Shown piece by piece: positions 23,418 through 35,354 of a DNA stretch of 64,000 nucleotides; position 1 is the stretch's first letter; each line of letters opens with the position of its first letter. The stretch lies in contig NW_005434527.1 in the NCBI RefSeq assembly GCF_000315625.1, positions 1 to 64,000 of the forward strand, read 5' to 3'. The notes beneath the pieces were generated by a model, which saw only the letters and a list, made by a program, of their open reading frames with translations, ran no database searches and was not told where the DNA came from. The position numbers and the translations under genes are program-made. Source of the DNA: Guillardia theta CCMP2712 (lineage: Eukaryota; Protista; Cryptophyta).

Positions 23418-26400
23418 TTGTTGTCTGGAACCTTAGCTAATGAGGTTGAGGGACTGCTAGTCAAAGTGGCATCAAGGAGGAAGAGAAACTTTATGAAAAG
23501 AAACTTTATGAAAAGAATAGAGTGTGATGAAAATGTCACAATACGTGAAACGTGTATGTGCATGAAAAGAAATAGCACGTCGACCTGCAGTTTTTTCTTC
23601 GATAGCTTTCGAATTGAAAAGGTGTTACAGGTGATGGGATCCACCCCGACTCGAAAAAGTTGGATTGGTATCCGAGAATGGAATGATTTTGGCGACAATG
23701 TCTCGAACTTTGCAGAGGCATCTCACCACAAGCAGGTCGAAGATTCTATGGCACTGGTTCGGGAAGAGATTGAGCGCATGTCGAGTGAGCTGCATGAAGT
23801 AAAGCTCAAATATCGAAAGGAGGCATCAGAAACAGACTTGACATACCGTTCAGTCGCAAAGCGTATTCTCAACAATCCAAGTGCAAGCTTGAAGGAACTG
23901 ATCCTTGCGTTGCAAAGAGTTCACAGGGAAATTTATTCTGAATTCAAGTTTCATCTAGAAAATTCAGATGCACGATTGAAAAGGTATAGATTGAGATTAA
24001 TGTCATTGATATCTGATAATGAGGCTCGAGAAGCTAAACTGAGGTATGTCTTGTTTGGTGAAAAGTCTCATGCGTACCATCATCAAGGATCCATTTCAAG
24101 CCCGAATTTTGATCCTGTCACCTCAGACAGTGCCTTCTCTAGACCAGATGTCTCAAGGCCCTCAGAATCGATGGAAGACGACGATGTTCTTGATAGGTAG
24201 TTCCTTTCAATTCCAAGTTTGCTTTTTGTTTTGAAATATCTGAAAATAGGTACATACAATCTGTTGAGAGGAAAACAGATGTACTATCAAGGCAAATAGG
24301 AGATGTCAAATATTTATTTGATCTTCAGCAGCAGAGGGTCAGAGAATTACAAGCGGAAACGAGGAGAATTGAAATGGAATTGAACATGGAAAAATCCAAA
24401 GTCTGGGCAATTTCGCAAGTTGATGATAGGAATGTGACGAAGAATCCACATTCTATGAAAGGCCGAGAAATCAGCGTTGCACCTCAAGAAATGAGGGCCT
24501 TCGAAAATCAGAACCAAATGTTGAATAGTGACTTGGAAGACGTGAGATCAGCTCTTCGACAAGCCGAGAAGACCATTGAACAACAAGAGTTGCATCATCA
24601 AACTATATTTTCGGACATATTCTGTCAGAAAGAAGATCTAGAAAATGAAAATTTCAGTCTAAAAGAGAAGCTGGCCATGTATGAAAGGAATTTACAGAAT
24701 TTGAAAGAGATGCTCTCAAGTAACAATGAGTTTGACTCTGATAACTTCAACAGAAAGTCGCCTGATAATGATTTCAGTCCCATAAAAGCCAAGGATTCAG
24801 TCAATGCAGAAAAGCCGATTAGTAAAGCTATCGAAGAATACTTGGTTCAGTCTGATGGAGGGCAAGCACAGGAGTTTTTTACTAGATTGCTTAAAGCAAA
24901 CGAAAATCTTGCCTGTCAGCTCGTCAACCCTTCTTCAGATTCGTTGTTCATGAATGCGAATGTGTCAGGTACAAAGATTTCCCCCTTGCAAAGTTTAGTG
25001 AAAGATTTTGTCACTCTCATCGGGCTGGTTTCAACAATCATGAAGAGTAATGGCAGTCAGGTGACACAACCGTTGCTATTCAAAAGCTATGATCAGAAAG
25101 CATCGATGGTTGAGCGATTGTTATCGAAGAAAGGCATTTCGGAAGATGAAGATGATGTTGTTTTTGAGAACTTGATCAAATTACTTGAAGCAGATTTTTT
25201 TGATATCTTGGATTCCATCTGGAAAAGGCATCTGTATTTTGAGCATGTACAGAACGACGTGAAAACGCTGTTTGAGCATGTCAGGCTATCTATGATGCTC
25301 TCGATGAGGGTTTTGAAAACAAGATTTTCAAAACAGGTAATTCATGGCACCTTGCAAGCGAATCAAGAACTTCTCAGGGGTGTCGACACGGCTGAAAGAA
25401 TGACTTTGGTGATTGAAGACCGCATGAATACCATTTTCAGACATACAATCCAGCTTTCGTCCCGAGCCAAGTTAGAAAAAATTCGCAACTTTGCCCTTCT
25501 GGATGCTTTGCGACAAAGCGAATTATACGAGCATCAAATTGTAAGTCAAACAAAGAAATCAATAGCCACGTCTGAGTATATCAACAAGTGCCCAAAGTGT
25601 AGGGAAGGTGAGAAAGAGATAGAGACGATGAAGAAGCAGGTCGTTTCAAATCAGCACACATTTGCAATTCTCCGAGCAAATTTGTTAGTTCTCCTGGAAG
25701 AGTTTACCAGGTGTGTGGAAGGTGTTTCATTCCGAGAAGAAGATTGGGAGGTAGAGCTCAATGAGCTGAAGAAAACTCAGAGAAAAATTCTTGATCATCA
25801 AGACACCATCGATCTGGTATTGAAGACCAAGAACTTAGCACAAAGGATCATCAAAGAAAGGCTGGAGAGATCTCCTATAAACAAGACTGGATTGTCTGGT
25901 GGGGAAACGTCATCGACGCAGAAGGAGCTTCGAAGATTGGAATCAAGTCTTTTCATCATGCAAGAACAGAAGCTATCAATTGAGAGAGGAATTGTTGAAG
26001 TAGAACACGAGTTGCTTGAGGCAAAAATATCCTTATTAGAAGCTCAGAACAATTTGAGAGACAATAGGGTTCAGCACAGCTTGTACCAAAAACGGATGTC
26101 TGAATTACAGCTTAAAGCAGAGCAAGATGCAATCAAATTTCAGAACAAGGAACTTGAAATATCCAACCTGAAGAAATATCAGTCTGATCTCGAAGAAATT
26201 CTAAATCAAATACCGTTGGGATCTGCTTCCCCAGATACAGAAAGACTTCAAAAGAGACTCAACTTGAACGAACGAAAGTTGAAGGATGCAAGAATAGAGA
26301 TCGAACGATTGGAAGAATCGCGTGAGATCTATGAGGAACAATCAAGGCTTAAATTTGAGGGAATGGCTGCCACAGTAGCTGTCCTACATGACGAGCTGAA

Positions 26401-26977
26401 CCATCTCTCTTCCAAGTTTATGGATTGTGAACGATCGCTTTCACAAGAATCACACAGGAGGAGACAGTTAGAAGTCTTGTATGCTGGCTCTCAAGCCTGC
26501 CAGAAAAACCTTTTGAGGGGTTCTCGTGACGTGAATGACAGAAACTCAACTTCGATTATTGCGTCAACAGAAATATTGAGAGATCGCAGTAGAGTCAGTC
26601 CGCAGCGACAAGAGCGAATCAATGACATAGGCTCTGTCCAGAAACAATTGAACAATTGTTGGCATGAAGAGATTGTGCAGTCACGTGTGCAAAGGGAAGG
26701 TATGTGGAAGCGAATCAATGATTCATTGTATTCTAACGAAAACATGCATTTATATGCGAGTGACACTGAAAGCAATCTCAGCCTTCCGAGCACTTACGAT
26801 ATAAGCAGCACGAACATTTACGTGCCTGATTCCAGAAACTTTCAAGGGGCAACGAAAGAAGTGCAAGTGCACAGTGCGAGTCCGACAGCATTAGCTGAAC
26901 AAATTGAATTTTTCCCTCCCCAGGGCCAACAAGGGACTATGATGCACTACTTACAGGCTAGGGGCAGAGAATCCTGA
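23418..26977 (+). CDS. Large coiled-coil protein, unknown function
   Basis: A 2.6-kb open frame (24374-26977) plus upstream exon(s); E/K/Q/L heptad-rich. Start uncertain. Confidence 0.6.
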
Positions 26978-27052
26978 GATCAATTCAATTGAAGAGTTGC
27001 TGTTTGGTTTAAAATGATTGTCTGATCTGTTGCTTAGGTCCAAGAACACTCT

Positions 27053-29773
27053 TTATTTCAGATCTTTTGATGGACAATATCTGTTAGCATCAAGAAATTC
27101 ATTTTCCAAAGATCTCAAATTGTGTAACAAAGCCAGTTTCTCTCTGCATTCAATCAGATCCTGGCTATCATCCTCACCGCATTTGTCTCACCTCAGTCTA
27201 TGCACAACATATTCCATTTCGCATTGCAAGACTCTGACACCGTCATGGATGACAATGACGAGATCACGCAGGCCGTCACGGGTCAAGTCAACCCAATACC
27301 TTCATTTCACTTGAGATATCACGTAGGTGACAACAGAGCCACTCACATGCCGAGAACAGGGCCACCCGCATGAAACACGTAAGAGAGAGAAATACCTCCT
27401 TGCCGGTCGGATTTTGACATCCATCCGCGATCTTCTTGATCGCTGCTATGACCACCTTACAATCACGCGAATTGGAATGTTACACTTACCTTTCAATCGA
27501 GGCTGGAGCTTCGTAGACGATGGAGCGATCAGAATAGGAGAAGTGTATACCTGCAAAGTATCAAAAAATTGCATTTTGATGCAGAAATTCAATGACACCA
27601 AGGTCATTCTTAATTTTCCGATAATCTCGGTCCACATCATAACGCATCGAATTGCGCACATCCTTTTCTGACTCGACTCGTCGGAAGGTTCCACTTCCTT
27701 GATGGCTTCCGTCATCGTTCCAGGGTGCAGGTTTGATAGCCTTGCCTAAAAAGCTTTTTCAGTGTTTGTCGTCTGAGGTAGAGGACTAGATAATACCTGA
27801 GGAAGGAGTCACAGGCAGGCTTGTCTCTCGCTCGAGACTTCTTTTCATGTTGCTATTCGTGTTTGGAAACTGTGCCAAAGAAACCCTTGAGGCATGTGTT
27901 GTGTTTGTCTCGACGTCATGCAGAACGGGGATAGGCGAGCTGCTACTTGACACCGGAATCGGAGATTCCGTGCGTCTGCCCATTTGAGCCGTCAGATACC
28001 CCGTCTCAGAATTGAGAGAACCAGCCACTGACAACTCCGTTAACTTGGTCCCATCTCGCAACTCAGTAATGCTTTCTCCTCGTGCAGGGTTGCTCAGCTT
28101 TGATGAGCTGTCAGACTCAATGCATTCCAGTCTCTCTCTCAGGCCGTTAGTGAATGCTGGAGTCTCACCTGGAAAAGGCTGTAAGATGTTTCCAAAGGTC
28201 TCCTGAATGCTGGAGCTCAGTTGCACAGGGTCAGCTGAAAATCCGCCAGATGAAATGCTATTCAGAGGTGAGACATTTGTCGATCTGTCGTCTGGATTAT
28301 CAGCATCTTCGACCACTCCAATCGGACGAAAGAATTCATAGACAAGAACCTAATAGAGTTAGTTCAGAGATGAGTTGAAAAGAGTGTATACCCGGCCCGA
28401 GTACGTCCCAACAAAGAGTTTGTGGAAACCATCAAGCTCTATGTCAGCGACGCACGCACACAATAGAGCATCATTATCCAATGCACTCCTGAGACAAAAC
28501 GATTAAACGTTGTAAACAAAGATAGAAAAATCATTACTTAATTCCAGGAAGGAATGAAGCATCAAGAAGAGCATTACGCGCGACATTTTGGTACAAAACG
28601 CCGTAACCAAGTGCGGTACAAACAAGTAGATGCCCATCTCCTACAAAGCTAGAAAGCCCCTCTTGAACCTCTGCACTCTTTTCCCCACAGCATGATTGAG
28701 AAACAATCTGCTTGTGGAATTCCTCGTCGATGCAATCTTTGAATGCTGTAACCTGTTGCTCATAATCTTTCATCGTCGTTTTCAGAATTTATGCTAACCT
28801 TAAAGGGGTGATCCTGCACAGATGCAACATCTGCAATGTTCTCTGAAGAAGAGAACAAAGACAGAGCTGAAATCGGACCGTCAATGCGGACAAGCTGACT
28901 TTGTACGACAGAGTTGACTTCCATATTCACGACCGTATAGCACACTGTTCCAACCAAGCTGCCTGCTGCCATGTGACGAAAGTTTCCGAGATATTTGACA
29001 TTCATACTGCACAAGGGACCAGCATCTTGCAGCAATCCTATCTCAGGAAGTATGCCGACGAAACTTGATGCATCTACAAGTGCGCATGTAGCTGTACTGT
29101 TACCGACTTCCAACCCCTTTTCTTTGACTTCTTTCTTTTGCCTCCAAACAACTTTTAACGAGCCATCAAAGCCCGAAACAACCAATCCATAATTTACACC
29201 CTTGCTGTCACATGTTGCCACGCTTGCCATCGCACAAGGCTCGAATGTTGTTGGAATCCTTGTGCAATCCAGTGCAAGAGAATGGATACTTGCATCCTGA
29301 CGATTATTTTCACCATACAGATGAATTGCCCCTTGCTTTTTGTGTGCCTTAGGTTTTATAATCGAGACAGCAAAGCTGCAGGCAGAACTGTGACAATCTC
29401 GTGGAAAGGCGCAAATGCTGGATATGGAGAAATCATTCTCGTCTTGGAGTCCTGCAAGATGCAAGGGCTCTGAGGAAAGCAAGTTAGGCTGAAAGATGGT
29501 CTCGGAGGCATGAATGACATGAACAGTTCGATGACCTCCGACGAGCAGAGATAAGTTGTTCAGCCCACGAACTGTACAGTGCGAAATTGTTGAAGGGGCG
29601 GAATGTGGAAATGGAAGGGATGAGCTGGAAGTGCAAGATGGCGAAAGAAGCAGGGGTGGTAGTGAGAACAACGGAGTGCTTGCAATGAGAGGAGGAGAGG
29701 AAAGAGGTTGCTCATACGATAGCGGCAGAAAGAAGAGCTCTTCTACTGGTGGTCCCTCTTTCTCCCTCCGCAT
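27053..29773 (-). CDS. KPTN: Kaptin (KICSTOR subunit)-like protein, multi-exon
   Basis: IDGPISALSLF, VLYQNV...FLPG, DALLCACVADIELDG...LLLGTY and VDLTRDGLRDLVIV...GVRVLQ occur in the order found in kaptin. Confidence 0.7.
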
Positions 29774-30436
29774 TGCACCGCACCGACCTTGACAGACTTT
29801 GAGACAACCTGTTGTTGGACTGAAAAAGAAAAGAACTTCCGAAAACAGTTTGCCCGGCGCACTGCGGCACCGCCCGGGCCCGGAGTCCGATCATTACTTA
29901 GTTAATCCGAGGCGACTCCCGGCGTCACCACGTGACCGTCACAGAGTCACCGGCGGCGGCCACCGTCGGCGTCACCGGACGGCGCGGCCGCCGTTAGCCT
30001 AGTAGGCTTCTCTCACATGACCGAGTGATGACGGCGTGGCCCGGCCGTGACTGCCGATTCGGAAGTTCACCGAACTTGACTTCGGAGGCTGCTCAGTACT
30101 GGAGGCGGGTGGCATGCCAGGGTTAATCAGTCCTGGAATCAATTCCGAGTTCCGAAGTTCCGCCGAGCATGTCACATGTTTTGTCGGACAACACTGGTGA
30201 TGGCAAACTGCACTCGGCAGTGCGGCAGTGCGGCAGCAGCAGTGACTCAGTGCGGCACGCGGCGGCAGCGGGCCCGGGAAGATCGGCGAGGGCATCGTAG
30301 CAATTCAGCCTGGCAGTGTCCAACTGGCAAGTTCGGCGCTGCCGCAGTGCCGCACTGACCGGCGGACCCTCGCCGCGCCGCCGGGTGGCCGCCGCGTCAG
30401 ACTGGTGGCACTGGAATTCCGCGGAGTCCGGTATGC

Positions 30437-30512
30437 GTCTCATTCTGAGGGCCCGGGCCTTCGGCGGCGACAGTGTGGCCGCCGCCGAAGGCCCGGGCCC
30501 TCAGAATGAGAC
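30437..30512. repeat. Perfect 33-bp inverted repeat with 10-nt loop
   Basis: GTCTCATTCTGAGGGCCCGGGCCTTCGGCGGCG (30437-30469) and its exact complement at 30480-30512. Confidence 0.95.
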
Positions 30513-30577
30513 CGGGGGAATGGTCCTATGCGCTGTTAAGTGTTGAAGGCCCGGTATCAACGTGACTCGGGCGTTAC

Positions 30578-30606
30578 TACTCATTTTTAACTTAATTTTG
30601 AGTAAA
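30578..30606 (+). repeat. Short copy of the 3'-anchored repeat
   Basis: TACTCATTTTTAACTTAATTTTGAGTAAA. Confidence 0.7.
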
Positions 30607-30828
30607 GTACTTCGGAAGTTCACGCAAACTTTCCCGGATTCCGTTGCCCGGGCCCGGCCCGACGGTCCGGCCTCACTCAGACGGTGCACGGTGCCACGGC
30701 GGTGGCGTGCGACCTCGCCTCCGGCGGAAACTCCCGAGTCTCAGTCTGAGAGTCCGATCCGGGCCCGATACATACTAGTTCAGTACTTAAAGTCATGAGC
30801 CTGTACACATAAGCAATTAGGCGGTATA

Positions 30829-32691
30829 ATGCAAGGCGAAGCCATGAAAAGCGACGCCATGATAGCTCGTGATGTGCTTGCGGGGCTGCTTCTGCTATTG
30901 CTGTTCTCTGAAAGCAACGCGTATACGTACACACATATCAATCACTTCGTCATAGGCCACCGCTCATCAAGCAAAAACATTATTTACAAACATGACAATT
31001 GTTGGAACCTTGGAAGAGCCCAGGTTTCGTTCAGGTGTCATAATCTACGCAAGGAGCTATTTTCAAGTTGTCTGCGGAAATTGAGTCCAAGTCCAAAGGA
31101 AGCTGTTCTGGATAAAATGGACGAAAAACTTGTGAAACCTCTTTTGCGTAGAGATGTCGTAGATGCCATTTTTCAGAGAATCGACGTTGATGGTGACGGA
31201 GCGATTTCCTTCGATGAGTTTTTTGACATGCTTCATCAATTTGATGAGAATGCAACTGAACTTCGAACAAAACAAGAATTCTTGAGAGCTGATATTGATC
31301 CTACTGACAACAGGGTGACTGAGGACGAGTTCTATCAGTGGATGAGCCACAGCCAAAACGAAATCGTGGAACAACTCCTTGAGAGATTTTTTCGTGAGCA
31401 GGCGAGAGAAATATTTGATGAGATTGACACAGATAAGAACGGAGGGATTGATGTAAATGAGCTGCAACTAGTGGCGAAGGCGCTGGGTTTGAAGTGGACG
31501 TATCGACAGGCTGTTGAGGTTCTCAACACGATTGACGCGGACAAAAACAACTTGATAGATTTTGAAGAATTCTTTGAATGGTTTCACATGCAAAATGCTT
31601 CTTCTGATGGTTTGGTGAATGCTTTAGGAGCAAAACTTCGTGTTATTCTTCGCAAAAGACCCGAAGTTGATTCTAGGAGTGTTCTGGTGCGAGGAATGTC
31701 CAAATTTGCTACAGAAGAGGATGTGGTTGAATATTTTCAAGAGTGTGGAGAAATAGAAGCTGTTAATACACTGAACTGGTCTAGAGATGGTAAGCCTTCA
31801 GGACGATGCATCATCATGTTTAAGGAAAGCTGTAGCGCAAAGAAAGCCTTGAAAATGCATCGAAGGCGGATGGGACCCAAGTATGTTGAGATTTATCGAT
31901 TGAACATTGGGGACAAGGAAGAAAGGCTCGCACTCGACAAGTCACTTCACAGCTCGATTCTTGGCCGACATGGTCTTTTCCTGCAGAAACTGGAGAACGA
32001 GAGCGGAGCAAGGCTATTTCTTCAGAGCAACGAGACAGACGGGTGGGTGATAGTGAAAGGAACTTACGGTGAACGCGAAGCTGCAAAGCGGATGATTTCG
32101 AAGGCGATCATGGGATGGCCAGAGGCAGGGGTAGCATGTGACTCGATTGACATCCTTTCAAATGAGAAAGGACGGGTAATCGGAAAGTCTGGGACGATGC
32201 TTTCAAAAATTATGACAGCTTCTGGAGCCGAGGTCGGCTTCCAGGACAAGTCGGAGGAAGAGGTAAGGATAATCATCCGTGGCATGCCAGAGCAGAGGAA
32301 AGTTGCTAAACAGTTAATCCAAAGCATCCTGGAGTCGAAGCTGGAAGCGAGTTACAAGTTACCAGATAAGTATCATGGCAACCTAAGGGGAAAAGGCGCT
32401 ATCTGCGTACGAGCTATGGAGCAAATGACCAATACTACAATCAACTTTTCAAAAGAAGCTGGTGGAATTGTGAAGATCAAAGGAGACTTAGAGTCCAGGG
32501 AGCAAGCGTGGAGTTTAATCACCTTTGCGAAACAGGAGCTTCCAAGAGTACTTTCACTTGTTCGAGGAGACATTGTGCTTCCAGGGTCTCTAAAGTCGAA
32601 ACCAGAGTTTTCAGGTAAAGTGAGTAAGGAAAACGTTTGGGCATACGCAATCGAAGAAGTACTATTCCTGTTCTCGCATTCTTCTCAATAA
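30829..32691 (+). CDS. EF-hand + RRM + KH-domain protein with bipartite targeting signal
   Basis: DVDGDGAISFDE, DTDKNGGIDVNE and DADKNNLIDFEE; RRM (SVLVRGM...KPSGRCIIMF); KH loops ILGRHG, VIGKSG and LRGKGA; signal peptide ending SNA-Y. Intronless. Confidence 0.85.
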   Translation: MQGEAMKSDAMIARDVLAGLLLLLLFSESNAYTYTHINHFVIGHRSSSKNIIYKHDNCWNLGRAQVSFRCHNLRKELFSSCLRKLSPSPKEAVLDKMDEKLVKPLLRRDVVDAIFQRIDVDGDGAISFDEFFDMLHQFDENATELRTKQEFLRADIDPTDNRVTEDEFYQWMSHSQNEIVEQLLERFFREQAREIFDEIDTDKNGGIDVNELQLVAKALGLKWTYRQAVEVLNTIDADKNNLIDFEEFFEWFHMQNASSDGLVNALGAKLRVILRKRPEVDSRSVLVRGMSKFATEEDVVEYFQECGEIEAVNTLNWSRDGKPSGRCIIMFKESCSAKKALKMHRRRMGPKYVEIYRLNIGDKEERLALDKSLHSSILGRHGLFLQKLENESGARLFLQSNETDGWVIVKGTYGEREAAKRMISKAIMGWPEAGVACDSIDILSNEKGRVIGKSGTMLSKIMTASGAEVGFQDKSEEEVRIIIRGMPEQRKVAKQLIQSILESKLEASYKLPDKYHGNLRGKGAICVRAMEQMTNTTINFSKEAGGIVKIKGDLESREQAWSLITFAKQELPRVLSLVRGDIVLPGSLKSKPEFSGKVSKENVWAYAIEEVLFLFSHSSQ

Positions 32692-32988
32692 AGCAATCTA
32701 AACTATCATGACCGTAGGCTCCCGGCGATAATGATAGCAATCAGGAGACTGAGAGTCACTGAGAGGCTTGGCACTGATGGAGTTTAGACCCGGCTAGCCT
32801 GGCTCCCTGCGGGCAGGCGCAGTGCCCCGGCGGGCGGAGAAAACCGTGACTCCGAGGCTGACTCAGTCGGATAGCCTGGATCCTGGCCCCCTGTCGCCGG
32901 ATCTGGGATTCAAGCCGCAGGAGTCCAGGCAGCCTGGATCCGATTGACGAGTTCAGAAGTAGGGGGATGAGGGTCTCAAGGAGCGGAC

Positions 32989-33258
32989 ATGTCGGAAATC
33001 CAGGTTGTTGAAGCTCCAGGAGCTGACGAAATCGCAGAGGCGAAGAAGTGGCCGACATGGGACTGTGAACCTTCAAAGTTTCCTTGGTCATACAGCCAGA
33101 CAGAGACTTGTTATGTTCTTGAAGGACACGTCACTGTTACCCCAGACGGAAGCCAACCAGTTGAGATCAAGGCAGGGCAGATGGCTACGTTCCCCAAGGG
33201 AATGAAATGCACTTGGGAGGTGCACACATACATTAAAAAGCATTACAACTTTGAGTAA
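32989..33258 (+). CDS. Cupin_3 (DUF861) protein
   Basis: WPTWDCEPSKFPWSYSQTETCYVLEGHVTV...FPKGMKCTWEV...KHY. Confidence 0.9.
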   Translation: MSEIQVVEAPGADEIAEAKKWPTWDCEPSKFPWSYSQTETCYVLEGHVTVTPDGSQPVEIKAGQMATFPKGMKCTWEVHTYIKKHYNFE

Positions 33259-33314
33259 ACAAGAGTGTTGGAAAGGTTCGTTAATCACAGGTTTTGATAA
33301 CTCAATTCATTTTT

Positions 33315-35025
33315 TCAAATTTCACCCTTTTCTTTGTGCTTTACGAGATCCTCCAGCGTGTATGCTGATTGATTCACCCACCATTCTGAAACATGTGCTA
33401 ATCCATATCTAGGAGCCCATGAGTAGGTATCTAGCGAGATAAAGGGGGGCAAGTATCCCTTGGATGCAATATTTAACTCCAAAGCTAACCGTGAAAATTC
33501 CCCAGAAAGTTGCAAAATGAGGTAGTCACATTCTCTGAGTAAGAACAAGTCTAAAAGAGCAGAATCAGCAGCCAGACGTCTGTCTAACACCCCAATTCTC
33601 ATAGCCAGATCATAATTTGTGTCGGATTGTAGAAAGTTCCTTTTGACGTCAACACCCATCCATTGGACTTCAGAAAGCTGCGCGTGAATTGAAGGATTGT
33701 TTCGAATCTCGGTCAGGACGTTAGGATCATCTGCTTCAAACGTTCAGAGCAGACCATTGCAGAGAAGATCAAATGAAATAGAGAAAACAAGCTTACAGAC
33801 CTGTGGATATAAAAACAGACTTTGTGCTATACACTCTGCTGAACAGCTTGATCGCTGGAACCACATCTTTTTCCACGTCCAAACAAAATGACTTTGGCAT
33901 AAGTTCTGCATGATGCATTTTTCCGTTGCGCCATCCTGCACAGGCATCCCCTCGGCGAACATGGACGCCGATGACAGGGTCCCTTCCCCAACCCATAATG
34001 GTTTTGTATCTTGAAATCATTGTCTCCAATCTATGATTAGGCGCGAGAAGGTATTGAATCAGCGCACTGCAATTACAAGAGCAACGTTCAGATATTCCAA
34101 TCCTTGCAAAAACACTATATACTTACATATTCCACCACAAAATCCCGGCAGAGAAGCCATATCTATCGCTGATAAACTCTGGTGGAAGGTAATTGCGCCA
34201 AAAACTGGATAATGCTTTCGCTTCTTTACATTGCGATTCATCAGTGAATAAAAGGCCCGAAAACAGCGGCTCAAAATAGCAAGCACTGTATGTGCATAGA
34301 GCTCAAAACAGAACTTCACAACAAATAATTAGATGACTCACCAGTTCTCAAATTGAAGTTCTTCATTTGTCTTTGGTGCACAACTACGGAATCTAAAACT
34401 TTGGCTAGTGGGAAAGCAATACGCACCCATCATGTAGGAAATAATCGTAGGGGTACCTAAGAACAAGAGTTGAATTTGATGTTAAAGCTGATGACATCGC
34501 GCCTTGCATGTGATGCACCCAAGAGCCGAAGCCTCTACTTTCCATCTTCACCATCAGTACCTTAAAGTCTGGACTCGCACATCCACGACGATGTTGCAAT
34601 CGATTTAAGTCCAAAGTTAGTTGTGAGAAATTTCGCATAAAACCATAAGTCTGTTCCATTCGTTTGATTGTTCTTATCCTTGGGTCATTTGAGGGAACAT
34701 AGAATGAATCGGACAGAATGTGGAAGTCACAACTGTCTCCAAACCAATCTGCATCACAGATACATGTTCGATTGAGTTTACAAAGGCCGTGAATACAAGC
34801 ACAGCCTCCGCAGCAATTACTCGTTGATCGGCATGTTAGACATTCGTCCTCATCAGTACGCCTGATTTGCCTGGTAGAAAGCATTGAAATTGTTGCCATC
34901 ATTTTTCTCAAATACTTCTCTTTCCCTTCGAATTCTGTTTGCCTTGTCAAATCCTCTCCAACATTCCGCACTATCATCCAGATCAGGACCAGAAGGACCT
35001 TGACAAGCACGTTATGGTTTGACAT
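33315..35025 (-). CDS. GT23-like (alpha-1,6-fucosyltransferase-like) glycosyltransferase with EGF-like domain
   Basis: N-terminal TM; CIHGLC...CICDADWFGDSC; GFGSWVH; IGVHVRRGDAC; DLFLLRECDYLI...FSRLA. Confidence 0.75.
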
Positions 35026-35354
35026 GATAGCTACAGCTTCGTTCTAGCACCAGCTTCGATCATACTCTCCTCTCGCATCCGACGGAAATCGAACAGTCTC
35101 AAAAATGCCAGAGGGGGTGGGGGTACCCTGGTACTGCGAACCCAATAGATGCCAGGGGTACAGATGGCTACTGGGGGTGGATGTGGGAGCGTATCAAGAT
35201 GGCGAATGAAGCTCGGGGAAGGCAACAGAAAGCAGAGTAGAGAAGAGCATAGTACAGTAAGCAGCCAAGAACAAGGGATACAGGTGCAGACAAGTGCCTC
35301 AAGCCTCATTCTTACCTAGCCTAATCCCTCAACTTCGCCGCAGTAATCCAATCA

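Noticed and set aside
33247-33259. AACTTTGAGTAAA matching the dispersed tag
   Set aside because: It encodes the natural cupin C-terminus NFE-stop, so the match is most likely coincidental
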